Origin: a virus
Taxonomy: Duplodnaviria; Caudoviricetes
DNA length: 58,443 nucleotides
Virus record (IMG/VR): IMGVR_UViG_3300020151_000200
Coordinates: 1-58,443 of that record
Reading direction: 5' to 3' (one strand)
Below, piece by piece: positions 28,901 to 40,600 of this stretch. The first letter of the stretch is position 1; each line of letters begins with the position of its first letter. A program made the position numbers and the translations under genes. The notes under the pieces are model-generated. The model was given only the letters and a program-made list of their open reading frames with translations, did not search any database and was not told where the DNA came from.

Positions 28901-30165
28901 ATCTTAAATATAAAATAAAAATAACACAAAGTGAGTATTATTATGGCACTAATGTAGATGGAGCATCACCAACATTACCAGGTGTCGGTACATTTATATT
29001 TACATTTGATATTACCCATACAGTTGGCGGAACTACGTATAATCCTATATTGAGTACAAGCCCATTAAAAATAACAAATATTACTCCTATAATATCAAAT
29101 CCAGTTACTGACGACGTAATCTATTACTTAACAAATGATCCATTACCTGGGCTATTTATTAATGGCACTGGTAAAAATGGAAATAGTAGTCAAAATCCGA
29201 TTTCTCCTTCTCCAAACGCGGATCTTTACTGGACATTGCCAATTAATAGTGGATCTTCTTATTTTACTATAGATAATTTACAAGGAAATATAATTATTGG
29301 CACAAATGAAATACCTTCTGGCGATTATTATCTTACAATGAAATTACAGGATTCCACATTTTCTACAGGAGTTGAATTTCCCGTTGGTGGTTCTTTATCA
29401 GCAACTAGAGATGTTATTATTTCTTCCCCATTTTTAACTGGATGTTCAAATTGGGTAAGTGAAGCAACTGTAATGGATAGCCCTGCTCCTGAGCCTTTTG
29501 TATATACTGTAAACGCAGCGGGTTATATAAATTTATGGAAATTTCTTAGAGAAGGAGAAGTAATAACTAGTAGCACTGTTAGTCTATACCAATTCACACA
29601 AATGGTTACTGGTGATGTGTTTCCGCTTCCGTCTGAATGGACTCAAGGAACAGCTCTTGACCCATTAGTGGTTGATTTTTTCCCTTCGGGAGTTTATGAT
29701 GGAAACGGGTATTTTGCTGGCGATATATTTTGGGGAATAGAGGAAGCTGACGCATATCCTGCTTTTATATTATTTTTTAAAGGTAGAGTTTGCACAAATT
29801 TAAGACCATTAGGATTTGAAGTTGATCTTGAAATAGAAGGCGAATTTATAACTGACCCAAACGATGATCCTTGTGTATCAGAAAGCGAAAACTGTACTTT
29901 AGAATATATTAAACCACCTGAGGATGCTGTTTGCAAAGAATGGACAATACTTAATACCTCAACTTACCCAATTAGATGGAATGGTTTACATGGTAACGGG
30001 GTTAATATAATCGGAGGTATATTACAACCAGGGCAATATGCCAAAAGTTTTGGAAACGGGGGTACTTATCCAGTTGCTAGAGATTTAAGTTTATCAGCAA
30101 TGGGATCAAGCACGGATGGAGGATTAATTACCTATACAGGTTCTGTAACTTGCCCATTACCGTAG
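25999..30165 (+). CDS. Tail stabilization or nozzle (muzzle-like) protein, N-terminal part
   Basis: F.KGKMNKDLD.RL...EYRDALNI start, LLFWTDNRNQPRKIN, FSYRFKF, GNRIIYGNF; variable C-terminal extension. Confidence 0.8.
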   Translation: MAESKNIFLKGKMNKDLDNRLLGEGEYRDALNISVGKSEDKNVGSLQNILGNELLLKPTSGGSVPFESNTNLVCIGYVVDNERNRIFQFLTDYVDTAPSLINPPGGGAEMKVTVYDPTSNGNPYLTLVSGTFLNFSTTNLITGVNLVENLLFWTDNRNQPRKINVDTAISNSVESGNPYYTNAEQIAVAKYAPFKAPSLYSISPLVNVELDTTNSVTGPGGFTVITVNNSDITAYNIAVGDQIISQAALPGGIGQSDNVVITKIFDNGTTSSVYITGVWTTIEDAQFYKCTMGTADTVSNINGNDNFLEDKFVRFSYRFKFDDNEYSLIAPFTQPTFIPNQKGYFISGDEDAAYRSTVLEWMENSVNEVKLIIELPDTGGNIATSYKIKSIDILYKESDSLAIKVVDTILVSKLQQVSPNTNIYTYKYQSQKPKKTLAENETLRVYDKIPIRALGQESVGNRIIYGNFINQNTPPATLNYNVTLVEKGNDYTPFVSWIEYPNHNLKQNRTYQVGIVLSDKFGRQSSVILSSAAPYIENANTVYGGSSVFIPYKSSDWSTDVRGWFGDELVVVFNETINSIRNEGAGTPGLYATVSGIVPNSQTGFEITAGVVNNAGPYTYTYTLQTAAGAQVNRPFASKYLKGKYKDYVKVLTASYSPITSIGSLTADGAISEIYNFNPLSGPLTFPDIKFSYSINELGWYSYKVVVKQQEQDYYNVYVPGMLAGYPTQTPSTFPTGEDDTTCHFVSINDNINKVPRDLSEVGPNQRQYRSSAQLWPRVENMVSASNRQYFPGTVSNVVNTIAPSDDLNFLSTASTAPNNLYQFDTDPLINRVSTSNRVGVLAGSMTPYLGIFETDPDTSLIDLFWETSTTGYISDLNIDVLTGSDIIVSFSDLDFIYREDQDYQGSDPNEGTPTSPFITEWFYFKDAFGVEVTSIDSVIMSVVDINDNIVSDRFALIRDTTPLSPTYLKYKIKITQSEYYYGTNVDGASPTLPGVGTFIFTFDITHTVGGTTYNPILSTSPLKITNITPIISNPVTDDVIYYLTNDPLPGLFINGTGKNGNSSQNPISPSPNADLYWTLPINSGSSYFTIDNLQGNIIIGTNEIPSGDYYLTMKLQDSTFSTGVEFPVGGSLSATRDVIISSPFLTGCSNWVSEATVMDSPAPEPFVYTVNAAGYINLWKFLREGEVITSSTVSLYQFTQMVTGDVFPLPSEWTQGTALDPLVVDFFPSGVYDGNGYFAGDIFWGIEEADAYPAFILFFKGRVCTNLRPLGFEVDLEIEGEFITDPNDDPCVSESENCTLEYIKPPEDAVCKEWTILNTSTYPIRWNGLHGNGVNIIGGILQPGQYAKSFGNGGTYPVARDLSLSAMGSSTDGGLITYTGSVTCPLP

Positions 30166-30194
30166 TAATTTAAAAAAATAAGTGATTATTAATT

Positions 30195-31844
30195 ATGGCA
30201 GCAACATTAGAGGTTAAATATTTTAATTCGTATTGGTTAAAAAAAATAAAATCAATACAGCCAGTTGGACCAGCACCTACACCGCTAGCTCAATATGATT
30301 TTGTAACCGGAGATAGTTTTTTTAAAACTAATGCAGTACCAAGTTATATAGGAGCCGGCCAAAAATTATCTTATACATTAGCGGGAATTACTTATACATT
30401 TATAATATTAGGATGGGGTCCTGATCCAATAAGCGGGTTCAGAGTATATTTAGACAATCCAATAACTTCTCCACCTTTTAGTCAAGCAACTATTCCGGCG
30501 GTCCCAATATCATTTGGGGTTATAACGGATTTTAACCATGTTCCAGGTGCTACTCAATATATTGTAGATCCAACGGACAGTTATCAAGACTGGTATATTG
30601 AAGAATCAAGAATTAGGGGCGGTTACAATAATGTATCTACAGACTTAGGTGTTAGAGCTTATATTGTAGAAGACACACCAAATAGACAAAGTAGAGTTAG
30701 TTCTTTAATTTATTCTGGAATATTTAATTCTAGAACAGGTATAAATAATACTAACCAATTTTCTGTAGCAGAAGATATAACTAGGTCAATGGATCCTGCT
30801 CAAGGATCAATACAAAAGTTATACGCAGAAGATACAAATTTAATAATATTCCAAGAACTAAAAGTATCAAGAGCTTTAATAGATAAGACTGCGGTGTATT
30901 CTGCTGAGGGAGAACCTATAACAACATCATCTAATACGGTTATAGGGCAAATGCAAGGTTACGCTGGTAATTATGGCATAGGCACTAATCCTGAAAGTTT
31001 TGCTGTTTATGGTTATAGAAAATATTTTGTAGATAGACCTAAAAATGCAGTGCTACGATTATCTCAAGATGGTATTACGGAAATATCGGGTTATGGTATG
31101 CTAGATTATTTTAGAGATGCACTGGGAAGAATTAATTCAAACGGGGTTGTTATAGGCTCTTGGGACATGCATAATAAGCAATACGTGTTATCTTTACAAG
31201 AAACTCTTTTTGCTGGGGCTAGACGGCCAATAGGTATTGATGAAGAAATAATAGAAGAATATTATCAAACATTAGCATTTGATGAAGACTCACTTGGGTG
31301 GACTAGTAATTTTTCATTTAAACCAGATACTGGATTTAGTTTATTAGGTAATTATTATACAGCACAAAATGGTAATTTATGGAAACATTACTCTACAAAC
31401 GTACCCTATTGTAACTTTTATGGATCGCAATATGTATCGAGTGTTACTCTTGTAATGAATCCAAATCCGTCATATTCTAAAACATTCCAAACAATAAATT
31501 ATGAAGGATCACCTGGATGGTCGTTAACTGAGATTAATACAGATTCAAATAATGGAGTGCCAATAACTTCAGCATCGTCAATAGCTAATTTAGCAACATT
31601 AGAAAATCAATTATTTTTAAATAATTTTAAACCAAAAGAAAATAAATATTTTGGTACACTTATAAATATTACACCACCATCGGAAGCAACAGTTGTATAT
31701 GGGCAGTCTATGTCAGGTCTTGCTGGTTTTTATGCAATAGCAACATTTACTTTCCCAGACACAACTCAACCATTTGTGGTATATACAAAGCCAGCTAATT
31801 TATATGCGGTATCATCCACATTTGCAGAATCATTAAGTATTTAA
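30195..31844 (+). CDS. Tail stabilization or nozzle protein, C-terminal part
   Basis: GSIQKL...TNLIIFQE.KV, YGIGTNPESFA, VLRLSQDGITEIS, K.FQTINYEG and KENKYF motifs. Confidence 0.75.
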   Translation: MAATLEVKYFNSYWLKKIKSIQPVGPAPTPLAQYDFVTGDSFFKTNAVPSYIGAGQKLSYTLAGITYTFIILGWGPDPISGFRVYLDNPITSPPFSQATIPAVPISFGVITDFNHVPGATQYIVDPTDSYQDWYIEESRIRGGYNNVSTDLGVRAYIVEDTPNRQSRVSSLIYSGIFNSRTGINNTNQFSVAEDITRSMDPAQGSIQKLYAEDTNLIIFQELKVSRALIDKTAVYSAEGEPITTSSNTVIGQMQGYAGNYGIGTNPESFAVYGYRKYFVDRPKNAVLRLSQDGITEISGYGMLDYFRDALGRINSNGVVIGSWDMHNKQYVLSLQETLFAGARRPIGIDEEIIEEYYQTLAFDEDSLGWTSNFSFKPDTGFSLLGNYYTAQNGNLWKHYSTNVPYCNFYGSQYVSSVTLVMNPNPSYSKTFQTINYEGSPGWSLTEINTDSNNGVPITSASSIANLATLENQLFLNNFKPKENKYFGTLINITPPSEATVVYGQSMSGLAGFYAIATFTFPDTTQPFVVYTKPANLYAVSSTFAESLSI

Positions 31845-31854
31845 ATTAAATAAA

Positions 31855-32262
31855 ATGGAATTAACAGTAAGAGCATTACAAGAATCAGATTGGGATACAC
31901 TACAAGAATGGTGGACTAAATGGGATTGGCCCACAGTAACAAAAGAAATGTTACCATTAAATGGTTGCGGTGGATTAATAGTTTATAAAGGCGATATCCC
32001 TGTTATTGCTGGATTTTTATATTTAACAAATTCCCATATAGCTTGGATGGAATGGATTATTTCAAATAAAGATTATAAAGAAAGTGATAGAAAAAAAGCA
32101 CTAAAAATTTTAATATTAGGATTAGAAGATATTGCTTTAAGTGTAGGAAAAGATATAATATTTAGCGTAAGCAAAAGTAAAAGTTTAATAAATATACATA
32201 AAGAATTAGGGTACACGGTGGATGAGAGTCCATCATATGAAATTTCAAAAAAAATAATGTAA
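31855..32262 (+). CDS. GNAT-fold protein (positional analogue of T7 gp13)
   Basis: 135 aa with GNAT-like pattern, between the nozzle and ejection genes. Confidence 0.55.
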   Translation: MELTVRALQESDWDTLQEWWTKWDWPTVTKEMLPLNGCGGLIVYKGDIPVIAGFLYLTNSHIAWMEWIISNKDYKESDRKKALKILILGLEDIALSVGKDIIFSVSKSKSLINIHKELGYTVDESPSYEISKKIM

Positions 32263-32263
32263 T

Positions 32264-33079
32264 ATGGCAGCAATAACAGCGGCAGCAATAGGCGTCGGCA
32301 CAAGTATAATAGGGGGAGCGGTAGGAGCTCATCAAGCAAGTCAAGCCGCAAAAGGAGCACGTAATGATGCAAGGCGTGCAAAAGCAGAAATGGATGCAAT
32401 TAAAGCAGCTAGACAACCTATAACTAATCCTTACGCAACTACTACAAACCTAAGCGGATTAGCAAAAGATTTATCTGGAATGATAAGTAACCCTTATGCA
32501 AATTTAGGAGTTGCTACTCAAGCAGCGGAAATGCAATTTGAGCAAGCGGATATGGCCTTGGCAAATACGTTGGATACTTTAAGAGCAACAGGGTCAAGTG
32601 CTGGTGGCGCAACTGCATTAGCGCAGGCGGCATTACAAAGTAAAAAAGGTATCGCTGCAAGCATTGAGGAACAAGAGGCTGCAAATGAAAAATTGCGCGC
32701 TCAAGGAGAAATGGAACGCGATAAGCTTAAAATGGCTGAACAAGAAAGATTACAAACATTGCAAATAAGCGAAGGTCAAAGAGTTCAGGCGGCTGATGCA
32801 GCAGGTAAACAATTTATGATGGGAATGATTGAAGATAGAACTAATGCAGATTTAGGCCAGTCGGCAGGGCAATATGCTCAAGCACAGCAAAATCAGGCGG
32901 CAGCACAAGCAGCGCAAGGAGCGGCGTGGGGGCAAGCAATATCAGGAGTTGGATCAGCTTTAGGAGGACTAGCCGGAGGGGTTGGCGGAAGCACAGGGAA
33001 AGCAACGCCTCAGGGTGCTGGGCAAAAAAATAGTACGGTAGTAAAAAAAGGCATAAGAAAAGATGCAATTTTTGGGTAA
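32264..33079 (+). CDS. Internal virion or ejection protein 1
   Basis: Ala/Gly/Gln-rich with hydrophobic Gly-rich termini; T7 gp14-like position. Confidence 0.7.
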   Translation: MAAITAAAIGVGTSIIGGAVGAHQASQAAKGARNDARRAKAEMDAIKAARQPITNPYATTTNLSGLAKDLSGMISNPYANLGVATQAAEMQFEQADMALANTLDTLRATGSSAGGATALAQAALQSKKGIAASIEEQEAANEKLRAQGEMERDKLKMAEQERLQTLQISEGQRVQAADAAGKQFMMGMIEDRTNADLGQSAGQYAQAQQNQAAAQAAQGAAWGQAISGVGSALGGLAGGVGGSTGKATPQGAGQKNSTVVKKGIRKDAIFG

Positions 33080-33094
33080 TAAAAAATTATAAAT

Positions 33095-34651
33095 ATGAGT
33101 GCATACGATAATCCAACAATAATAAAAGACGATTCCGCAATGGCTTGGGCGCAGGCTACTGGCGGGTTTGCTACATCATTTACTGAAAGTTTTAACACCG
33201 CTAAAAAAGAAAGAGAAGCAAAAGAAAAGGAGGCAAGATTAGAAGCAGAAAAAAAAGCAAAAGAAAGTGAACAACTTTTAATAAACATACAGCGAGCTAA
33301 TGCGGAAATACAAAATCAAAACGCAGCAGACGCCAGTAAAACATTTTCTGAAGTACCAAAAACATTAGATACAACTTTAACAACAACATTTAATAATGAT
33401 GTCGTGGCCTTTGGTAAGTTATTTGGAGAGGCAGATGTAAAAAACCAAACTGTTGTTGTTGACTCCGATGTTAAAGACCTATTAGCTAAAAAACCAATTT
33501 ATTTAAAAGCTAGACAAAATATAATTACAGGTTTTGGAGCATGGGTAGATCAAACAAGTAGCTATGACGAAGCTATCCAAAAGGATGGTAGCGATGTTGC
33601 TATAGTTGGTAAAACTCCTGTTGAAAAATTAACAAATTTTTTCACATTAAAGGGATCCGATCCAAAAAATGTAATGTCATCTACTGTTACAAAAGATCTT
33701 AAATGGAATAAAGAAAACCCATCAGAAGCAATAGTAACAGTATCTAAAAAATTTGACAATGAACAGCAATTAATAGATAGCCTTAAAATATTTAAGCCTT
33801 TTGGCACACCTGAGGAATATAAAAAAATAATAGATGAGTCTATTGGCAAAGGTATTACTAAAAACGCAGATAATTCATATACCATTGATTTTAAGCGGGA
33901 TTTGGGAAGCGGAACATGGGACGGCGTATTTTATGTTAAAGTCCCTCCTGTAACAACCGGCAACGAATTAAAAAATTCTGGTATTTCTAATGAAAAAAAT
34001 GAAATTAGTACTAAATACATTCAAGAAACAACTACTTTGCCAGCGGAAAATTATAAACCTCAACAAAAAGGGTATAAAGGTTATTGGACCGGAACAAAAG
34101 TAAATTCAATACAAATAAAAGAAGATTTAAGACCAGTTATAAAGGCTAGAATGACAGGATTATTAGAATCTGATTTTAAAGATCAAAATGTATTACAAGG
34201 ATTTTTAGAAAATAAATTAAAATTAGCAAGTTATTCAGTAGAAGATTTTAATCTTTTAACATATGAAGAAAAACTATCTTTTTTAACTAGTCAAGCTCTT
34301 GATTTAGAATTTAATGATAAATTAGGAAATGTATTAACAAAAGTTGGAAACGAATATTATTTAGGAAACCCTAGAGATGTAAGTGAAGTAAATCCAAATC
34401 CAAAAATATCTGGAGGCGGGGGAATGACAGGAACACAAAAAAATCAAGCCGATCTAAATGACGAAGCTTTATATACTATAACCAATGGAGGCGTATTTAG
34501 AGGGAAAGGCGGATTAATATTAAATGTTGATAGTAATGGCAAAGCAACAGTCACTAAAGTTGGAGGTGATTTAACCGAAGAGGAAGTATTAATGTTTAAG
34601 GATAGAACGCCAAAACAAATGGCTAATATGATGGGAGCAACGTTAAGATAA
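33095..34651 (+). CDS. Internal virion or ejection protein 2
   Basis: 518 aa, N-terminal coiled coil, lies between ejection protein 1 and the giant protein. Confidence 0.6.
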   Translation: MSAYDNPTIIKDDSAMAWAQATGGFATSFTESFNTAKKEREAKEKEARLEAEKKAKESEQLLINIQRANAEIQNQNAADASKTFSEVPKTLDTTLTTTFNNDVVAFGKLFGEADVKNQTVVVDSDVKDLLAKKPIYLKARQNIITGFGAWVDQTSSYDEAIQKDGSDVAIVGKTPVEKLTNFFTLKGSDPKNVMSSTVTKDLKWNKENPSEAIVTVSKKFDNEQQLIDSLKIFKPFGTPEEYKKIIDESIGKGITKNADNSYTIDFKRDLGSGTWDGVFYVKVPPVTTGNELKNSGISNEKNEISTKYIQETTTLPAENYKPQQKGYKGYWTGTKVNSIQIKEDLRPVIKARMTGLLESDFKDQNVLQGFLENKLKLASYSVEDFNLLTYEEKLSFLTSQALDLEFNDKLGNVLTKVGNEYYLGNPRDVSEVNPNPKISGGGGMTGTQKNQADLNDEALYTITNGGVFRGKGGLILNVDSNGKATVTKVGGDLTEEEVLMFKDRTPKQMANMMGATLR

Positions 34652-34667
34652 TAATTAAAAATAGTAT

Positions 34668-37600
34668 ATGTTAGAATACGAATTAAACGGTAAAATATAC
34701 ACAGAAGAAGATTTAATTAAAGCAGCCGGGGGTAAAGATAAACTCCCGGCTTATATTAAAAGTAAAGGTTTCAAACCTGCTTCTAAAAAAACAAAACAAC
34801 CTGCTAAACTTGACGAAAGATTTGGTGAGGATGTTTATAAAAAAACGTTTGGGTTTGAAAATCCTGCAAAAGATCAGTTTTCTGAAATTAATAAAACTAA
34901 GAAGAAAAAACCTGTTGTTAAAAAATGGAATGAGGTAGTTACGTGGGAAGATCTTAAAGCAGAAGAAACTAGTGTAGCCGAAAACCTTCAAAAAAGAGTA
35001 GCTCGGTTTGGATTAACTCCGGAAGAAAAAGTTTTTGGTGTTAATAGAATTACACTTAGAGGGGATAAAAAACAACAATTAGAACATGTTGTGGATCCAA
35101 GTGGTATTTCAACAGGAATGTATGATTTACCAGAGGTTGTTGTAGGAGCAGACGCATCTAAAGAAGAACTTATAGCTAGTGCAAAAATATTAAATGACTA
35201 TATAGGCAAATATGGTAATAAAGACTATATTCAGAAAGTTAAAAAAGAAAATCCAAATTTAGTAAGAGACGCTGAACAAAAAATACAAGCTCCTACTAGG
35301 CCTTGGGAAACAAAAGTAAAAGAATATAACGAAGATTTAATAAGCGAGTTTAAGAACAAAGAGGAGTCTATAAAAAGCCGTTTAAGAGCAAATAGTGGCT
35401 ATATGTCTGCATCACAAAGAAAATATATTGATGCAGTAAAGCCAACTAAAAAAGATTTTGATAGTCCAGAAAAATATAATTTATATGAATATTGGAAAAA
35501 GACAGGTCAAATACAGTTGCCTAGTGAAGTAAAATTAGAAAAGTTTATTAAGGAAAAAAACGATAATTATAGAGTTAGTAAATCAGCGGAATTAATGTCT
35601 GATGCTCCTCAAGAACAACGGACAATGTTGCTCGCCCTAGAATCGGAGCGTGAGGATAAAGCCATAGAAGGAAAAGTAAAACTATCGGTAGAAAGTGATG
35701 AATTAGATAAAGCGGGTAAAGCTCTTAGTGAAAAAATAGCTAAATTCCAAAAAACACCTCCTACTAAACAAGAATATGATGAAATTCAAAAAGAATATTT
35801 TGCATTACAAAATAGATCAAATGCATATAATAAAGAAGCATTAGCGCTTAATAGGGATTTCAATAATATTAAAGCAGTATCAGAAGCTGCTAGTAAAGAT
35901 TACAGTAGATTAAATCAAACAGGTTCACTTTTAAAGCAGACAGCATTAGGAATAGGAGGTGGTATTATGGATATATCTACTACTTTAATGGCAGCTGCAG
36001 ATACAGCAAATCCTTTACCATATAGTATAAAGAAAAACCTGCTTAAAGAAACTTTATTAGATCCTATATATAGTGAACAAAAAGCCGCTAGCAAAGAATT
36101 AGAATCTTACCAACGTGATTTACAGATTAAGGATATAAAGAGCATGAAAGATTTTGGCAGATGGGGAGCTGGGATTTTAACTCAAATGCCTTCGTCTATG
36201 GCTATGGCCGTTACAGGAGAAGCAGCATTGCCCTTATTTTTTCTTAGTGGTTATGGTTCAAAACAATATGAAATTGCTAGTTTGCAGGAATCAGCTCTTA
36301 GTAGATTGCAATATAATGCTGATCAAATTAATAAAGGATTAGTTGCCGCGGAAGATATGGCCGATGTACAAAAACAAATTGCATCGGATAAAAAAACATT
36401 GAATATATCAGAAGGAGCAAAATTAACATCTCAAGTTTTAGCTGGTGCTGCGGAGGTACTATTAGAAAAGTATGGTACATTAGGTATTATAAAACAAACT
36501 GATAATATACTTAGAGCTATACCTCCTCAAGAAATCAAACGCCAGTTAAAAGTTATTGGTAAAGAAATGGGTAAATCTGCCGGTGTTGAATCGTGGACAG
36601 AGGGCCTAACTCAATTAGCTAATAACTTTGGAGATATTCATTTATTAGGACAAGATAAAAACTATTTTGACGGTGTTCCAGATGCAATGGCGGGAGGAGC
36701 ATTTATGGGACCTGGATTTGCGGCAATGGGTGGTGCAGGAACAGTTAGCAATAATATTACAAAAGCAGTTGTTAGTGAGCTTACTTCAAAAGAAGAGTTT
36801 AAAGCAAGAAATAGAAAACTTGATGAAATAAAAAAACTTACTGGATTAGAAGATATTACAGGGTTAACAAAAAAAGACCTTAATAAATTAACATTACAAC
36901 CACCTGTTAAAAAAGCTGTAGAAGAACTTATTGATCAAATAGACGGAGAGGATCTTCGTGTATTAGATAGATTAGGTAAAGATTTCTCTATGGAAGATGC
37001 TAAAAAAGTTGGCGATCTTAATCAAAAATTAAGAAAAATTACAAAAGATTGGAATGAAGCTAGTAAAACAGTTGGAATTGATGATGCGCAACTAAGATCA
37101 TTAAAAGAATATTATCAGAAGCAATACAATGAAGTATTTGCCGCAAGAGAAGCAATGCTTACCGACAAGCAATTAACCGGCAAAAATAAAAAAGAAAATG
37201 CTCAAAAAAGAATTATTTTTGAAGCAACTGCCGGGTATGGCCTATACAATTATAGGTTGACTAGAAAAACTTATCTTGAAAAACTTGCTGGATTTGATAA
37301 ATTATCATCAGAAGAAAAACAGAAATATAATGATTTAGCATTGTCAGAATTAAACCAAGATGCTACTATGGATCAATTATCTAATAAAGAGGTTGATAGC
37401 AAAGCTAGAGAATTATATGCGGGAGAAGAAATTGGTAAACAATTAGATAGGGACATACAGGCTGCTAATGATTTTTCAACAGAATTAGGGTTAAATATAA
37501 AGGTTGAAACAGTAAATAGCGAAAAAGAATTATTAGAAAAATATGATAAAATTATAGATGAAGAGGAATTAAACGATTTGTTAAGTGGAAAAACAAATGG

Positions 37601-40600
37601 GTTTAATATAGATGATAATACATTGGTAATATATAAACCAAATGCTATTAAAAATGGACATACAAGCACTGGATCACATGAGGTATTGCATACTGTATTG
37701 TCTAAAGCATTTAAAAACAATCAAGAGGAGGCAAATAAAAACGGTATAAAATTACTTGAATATTTAAAAACAGCCCAACCATCACTTTATGCAGCGGTAG
37801 AAGAAAGAATGAAAGCTTACACGCCTGATTATGCCGCTTATGGAGAGGAAGTATTTAATGCGCTTTCAGATTCTTTTAGTGATGGGAAAATACCAAATGA
37901 CGATGTATTTACCCAAATATCCAAAGTAATTAATAAAATAACTAAAGGTGCGTTTGGAACATCTTCAACATTTGATATTAAAAATATTAGCACGGATTCC
38001 GGAAAAGCTTTATTTGATACAATAAAAGCATATAGTCAGAAAGCCGGGGCTAAAAAAACTAAGTCCGGTCAAAATATAAGATTTATTTATTCTGATACAG
38101 AAGATAAGGCTGCAGAGGGAGCCCCTGCTACTGGATTTAAAGCTTCAAAAACTAAGGTTGCTGAAGTTCAAAAAAAGATAGATGATTTAGAAGATCAATT
38201 AGATAATGGAGAAATTGATTATGAAGATTATGAAAGTAGACTTAAAATATTTGAGGCGGATTTAGCAAAAGCAAAACTAACTCCTGAAGAAGCTCCAAAA
38301 CCCGAGGTTAAAAAAGTCGAAGTTTCTGAAGAGGAAGCAGATAAAGAAATAATAAAAAACGAAAGATCATCATTATCATCAGACAAAGTACAAAAAATAT
38401 ATGATGAAAAAGGATTAAATGGAGCACAAGACATTATAGATTTATTTAAACCTATTACCAAGAAATTAGTAAACAGAAGAATGGATGCTCCAGGTTTTGA
38501 CAGAGAATTATTAACTGACGAAATAGAAACCGGCACAGGTGGTATTTTAGATTTAATAAGCAAATACAAACCTGAAAGCGGAATACCTTTGGCCGCGTTT
38601 ATTAATAAATATTTACCTGTTAGAGCTATTGCTGCATCTAGGAGAGTATTAGACAAAGACTTTAGCAAGGACGTTACAGAAGAAAAAGGTTTAATAGCTG
38701 AAGAAACTGCATCTGAGACAAAAGAAAAACCAAAATATAAGAATGCATTAGAATCAAATGTTTTTGAGCCAGATGTCTTAAAAACGCTATCTAATAAGAT
38801 TATCTCCGTAACAAGAACATTAAAAAATAGAATTGATGCTCCTATAACCTTAAATAGAACTGTTACTCCATTAATTAGCGAAATTAGAGATGAAGTTGGC
38901 AGGTTATTAGACATTGACGTTAAAACTGCGATGGGGGGTAAAAAAGATGATCAACTTAAAAAATGGTTGTTAAAAAATAAACGTTATGTTTTAGAAAACA
39001 TGACAACCACATGGTTAATGGGTAAAGATGGAGTTGGCGGAATGCCACAAGCAATACAAAAACAAATTGATGGAAAGTGGGTTAGTTATCCAGATTGGGT
39101 TGGCAAAAAAATTGATAGAGAAAAAACAACAACAGATCAAGCAGGTAGAACATCAGGAGCAGAGTTAGTTAGACGTTTACCTAATGTAAATAATAATGTT
39201 TCTAATGAAGTTTATTTAGCACAAGTATTAGAGCCTAGTGGCAATCCGATTAGAGGTAGAAAAGAATCCTTAGCTAAAGCAGTTGCTGAAGAATCAGCAT
39301 TTGATATTATCAATAATGATCTTGAAAATGAGGGGCCTATATTTGAAGCTTTATCAACAAATCAGCAAAGATTAGGGTATGAATTAACTAATGCTTTTGC
39401 TGTTGAAATTGCTAAACAATCTGAAAGAGGTAATATTAAATTCTCTAAAACAAATGTTAATGCTGTAGATAAGATTGGAACTGAATTTTATAATTTTTAT
39501 AAAGATTTAGACACAAATAATAAAGCATTAGTATTTAATTATTTAGATAATAGAGAATTTAAAGGTATTGATGATAATATAAAAAATGAATTAGACGATA
39601 TATTAAATAGGTGGGAAACAGCCTACATTAATAATTCTGATAAAATATTAAATAAAATTAATATTGAAAGAAGAAAAAAATTTAAAGAAGAATATCCAAA
39701 AGTAGAAAGTTTTAATAAATATTTTGAAAAAGAAAAAGAAGATATTAGGGTTTCAAAAACAGCTGCGTTAGGATTATCTAACACGGGATTAAACTTTATA
39801 AAAAATAACCAAGAAGAAATAAGCGAAATACAAAATTATGCTTTTAATAATATAAAAAAAGAGGTAAATAATGCTAAAACAGATAAAGAAAAAACGGAAC
39901 TTGTAGATAATTTCTTAAGAACTTATAGAGCTGTATTTACAGGAGGCGAAAAAGGGTTATGGTTTGTTGGCAGCAATAGCGAATTGTTAAAAAAATTAGA
40001 AAACGAAATTAAAGACTTTAAAGATTTAGGTTATAAAATAAAACAAATTGGCAAGAATGGTATAATTGTTGATAAAAATGGTATTAATCCAACATATGTT
40101 GAGGAACAATCAACAAAAACTACAGATATAAAAGGTATAATAGAAAATGGAATAGATAGTTTAAATAAAAATAGATCTATACAAAGTGAAACTTCATTAA
40201 ATACTATAATGACTTTTTCAGAGGCTATTAAAAATTCTGGTATGTCTCCAAAAGCAAAAGCCCTTGCGATTATACTTATGAGGACTAGCACATATTCTCC
40301 TTTAAGAACATTAGCTAAGGTTGATTCTATAATATTAGATAAAAGTAAAAAGAATACAGATGATTACACTTGGGAGCATGTTATGCCCGTAGATGAACTT
40401 GTTAGAAATATTATGTCTTATGCGTTAGATTTACCTTTCGCAGATAAACCTGTAACAACCAAAGAAAACTTAAAAACTTTATTAGGGGAAAGTAAAATAT
40501 CTCTTTTGCCTAAAAATATTAATAATATATTAAATACTTTGCTTAAAAGTCAAATGCCTTCTAATTGGAAAATGGGAGATAATATATATGAAGCTCGATA

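Noticed and set aside
30181-30193. AGTGATTATTAAT as another late promoter
   Set aside because: Matches the core but ends 1-2 nt before the ATG, unlike the other copies; kept only as a weak possibility.
38228-38914. 228-aa antisense ORF and other reverse-frame ORFs within long genes
   Set aside because: Shadow ORFs fully overlapping well-supported genes, with no motifs or plausible start context.
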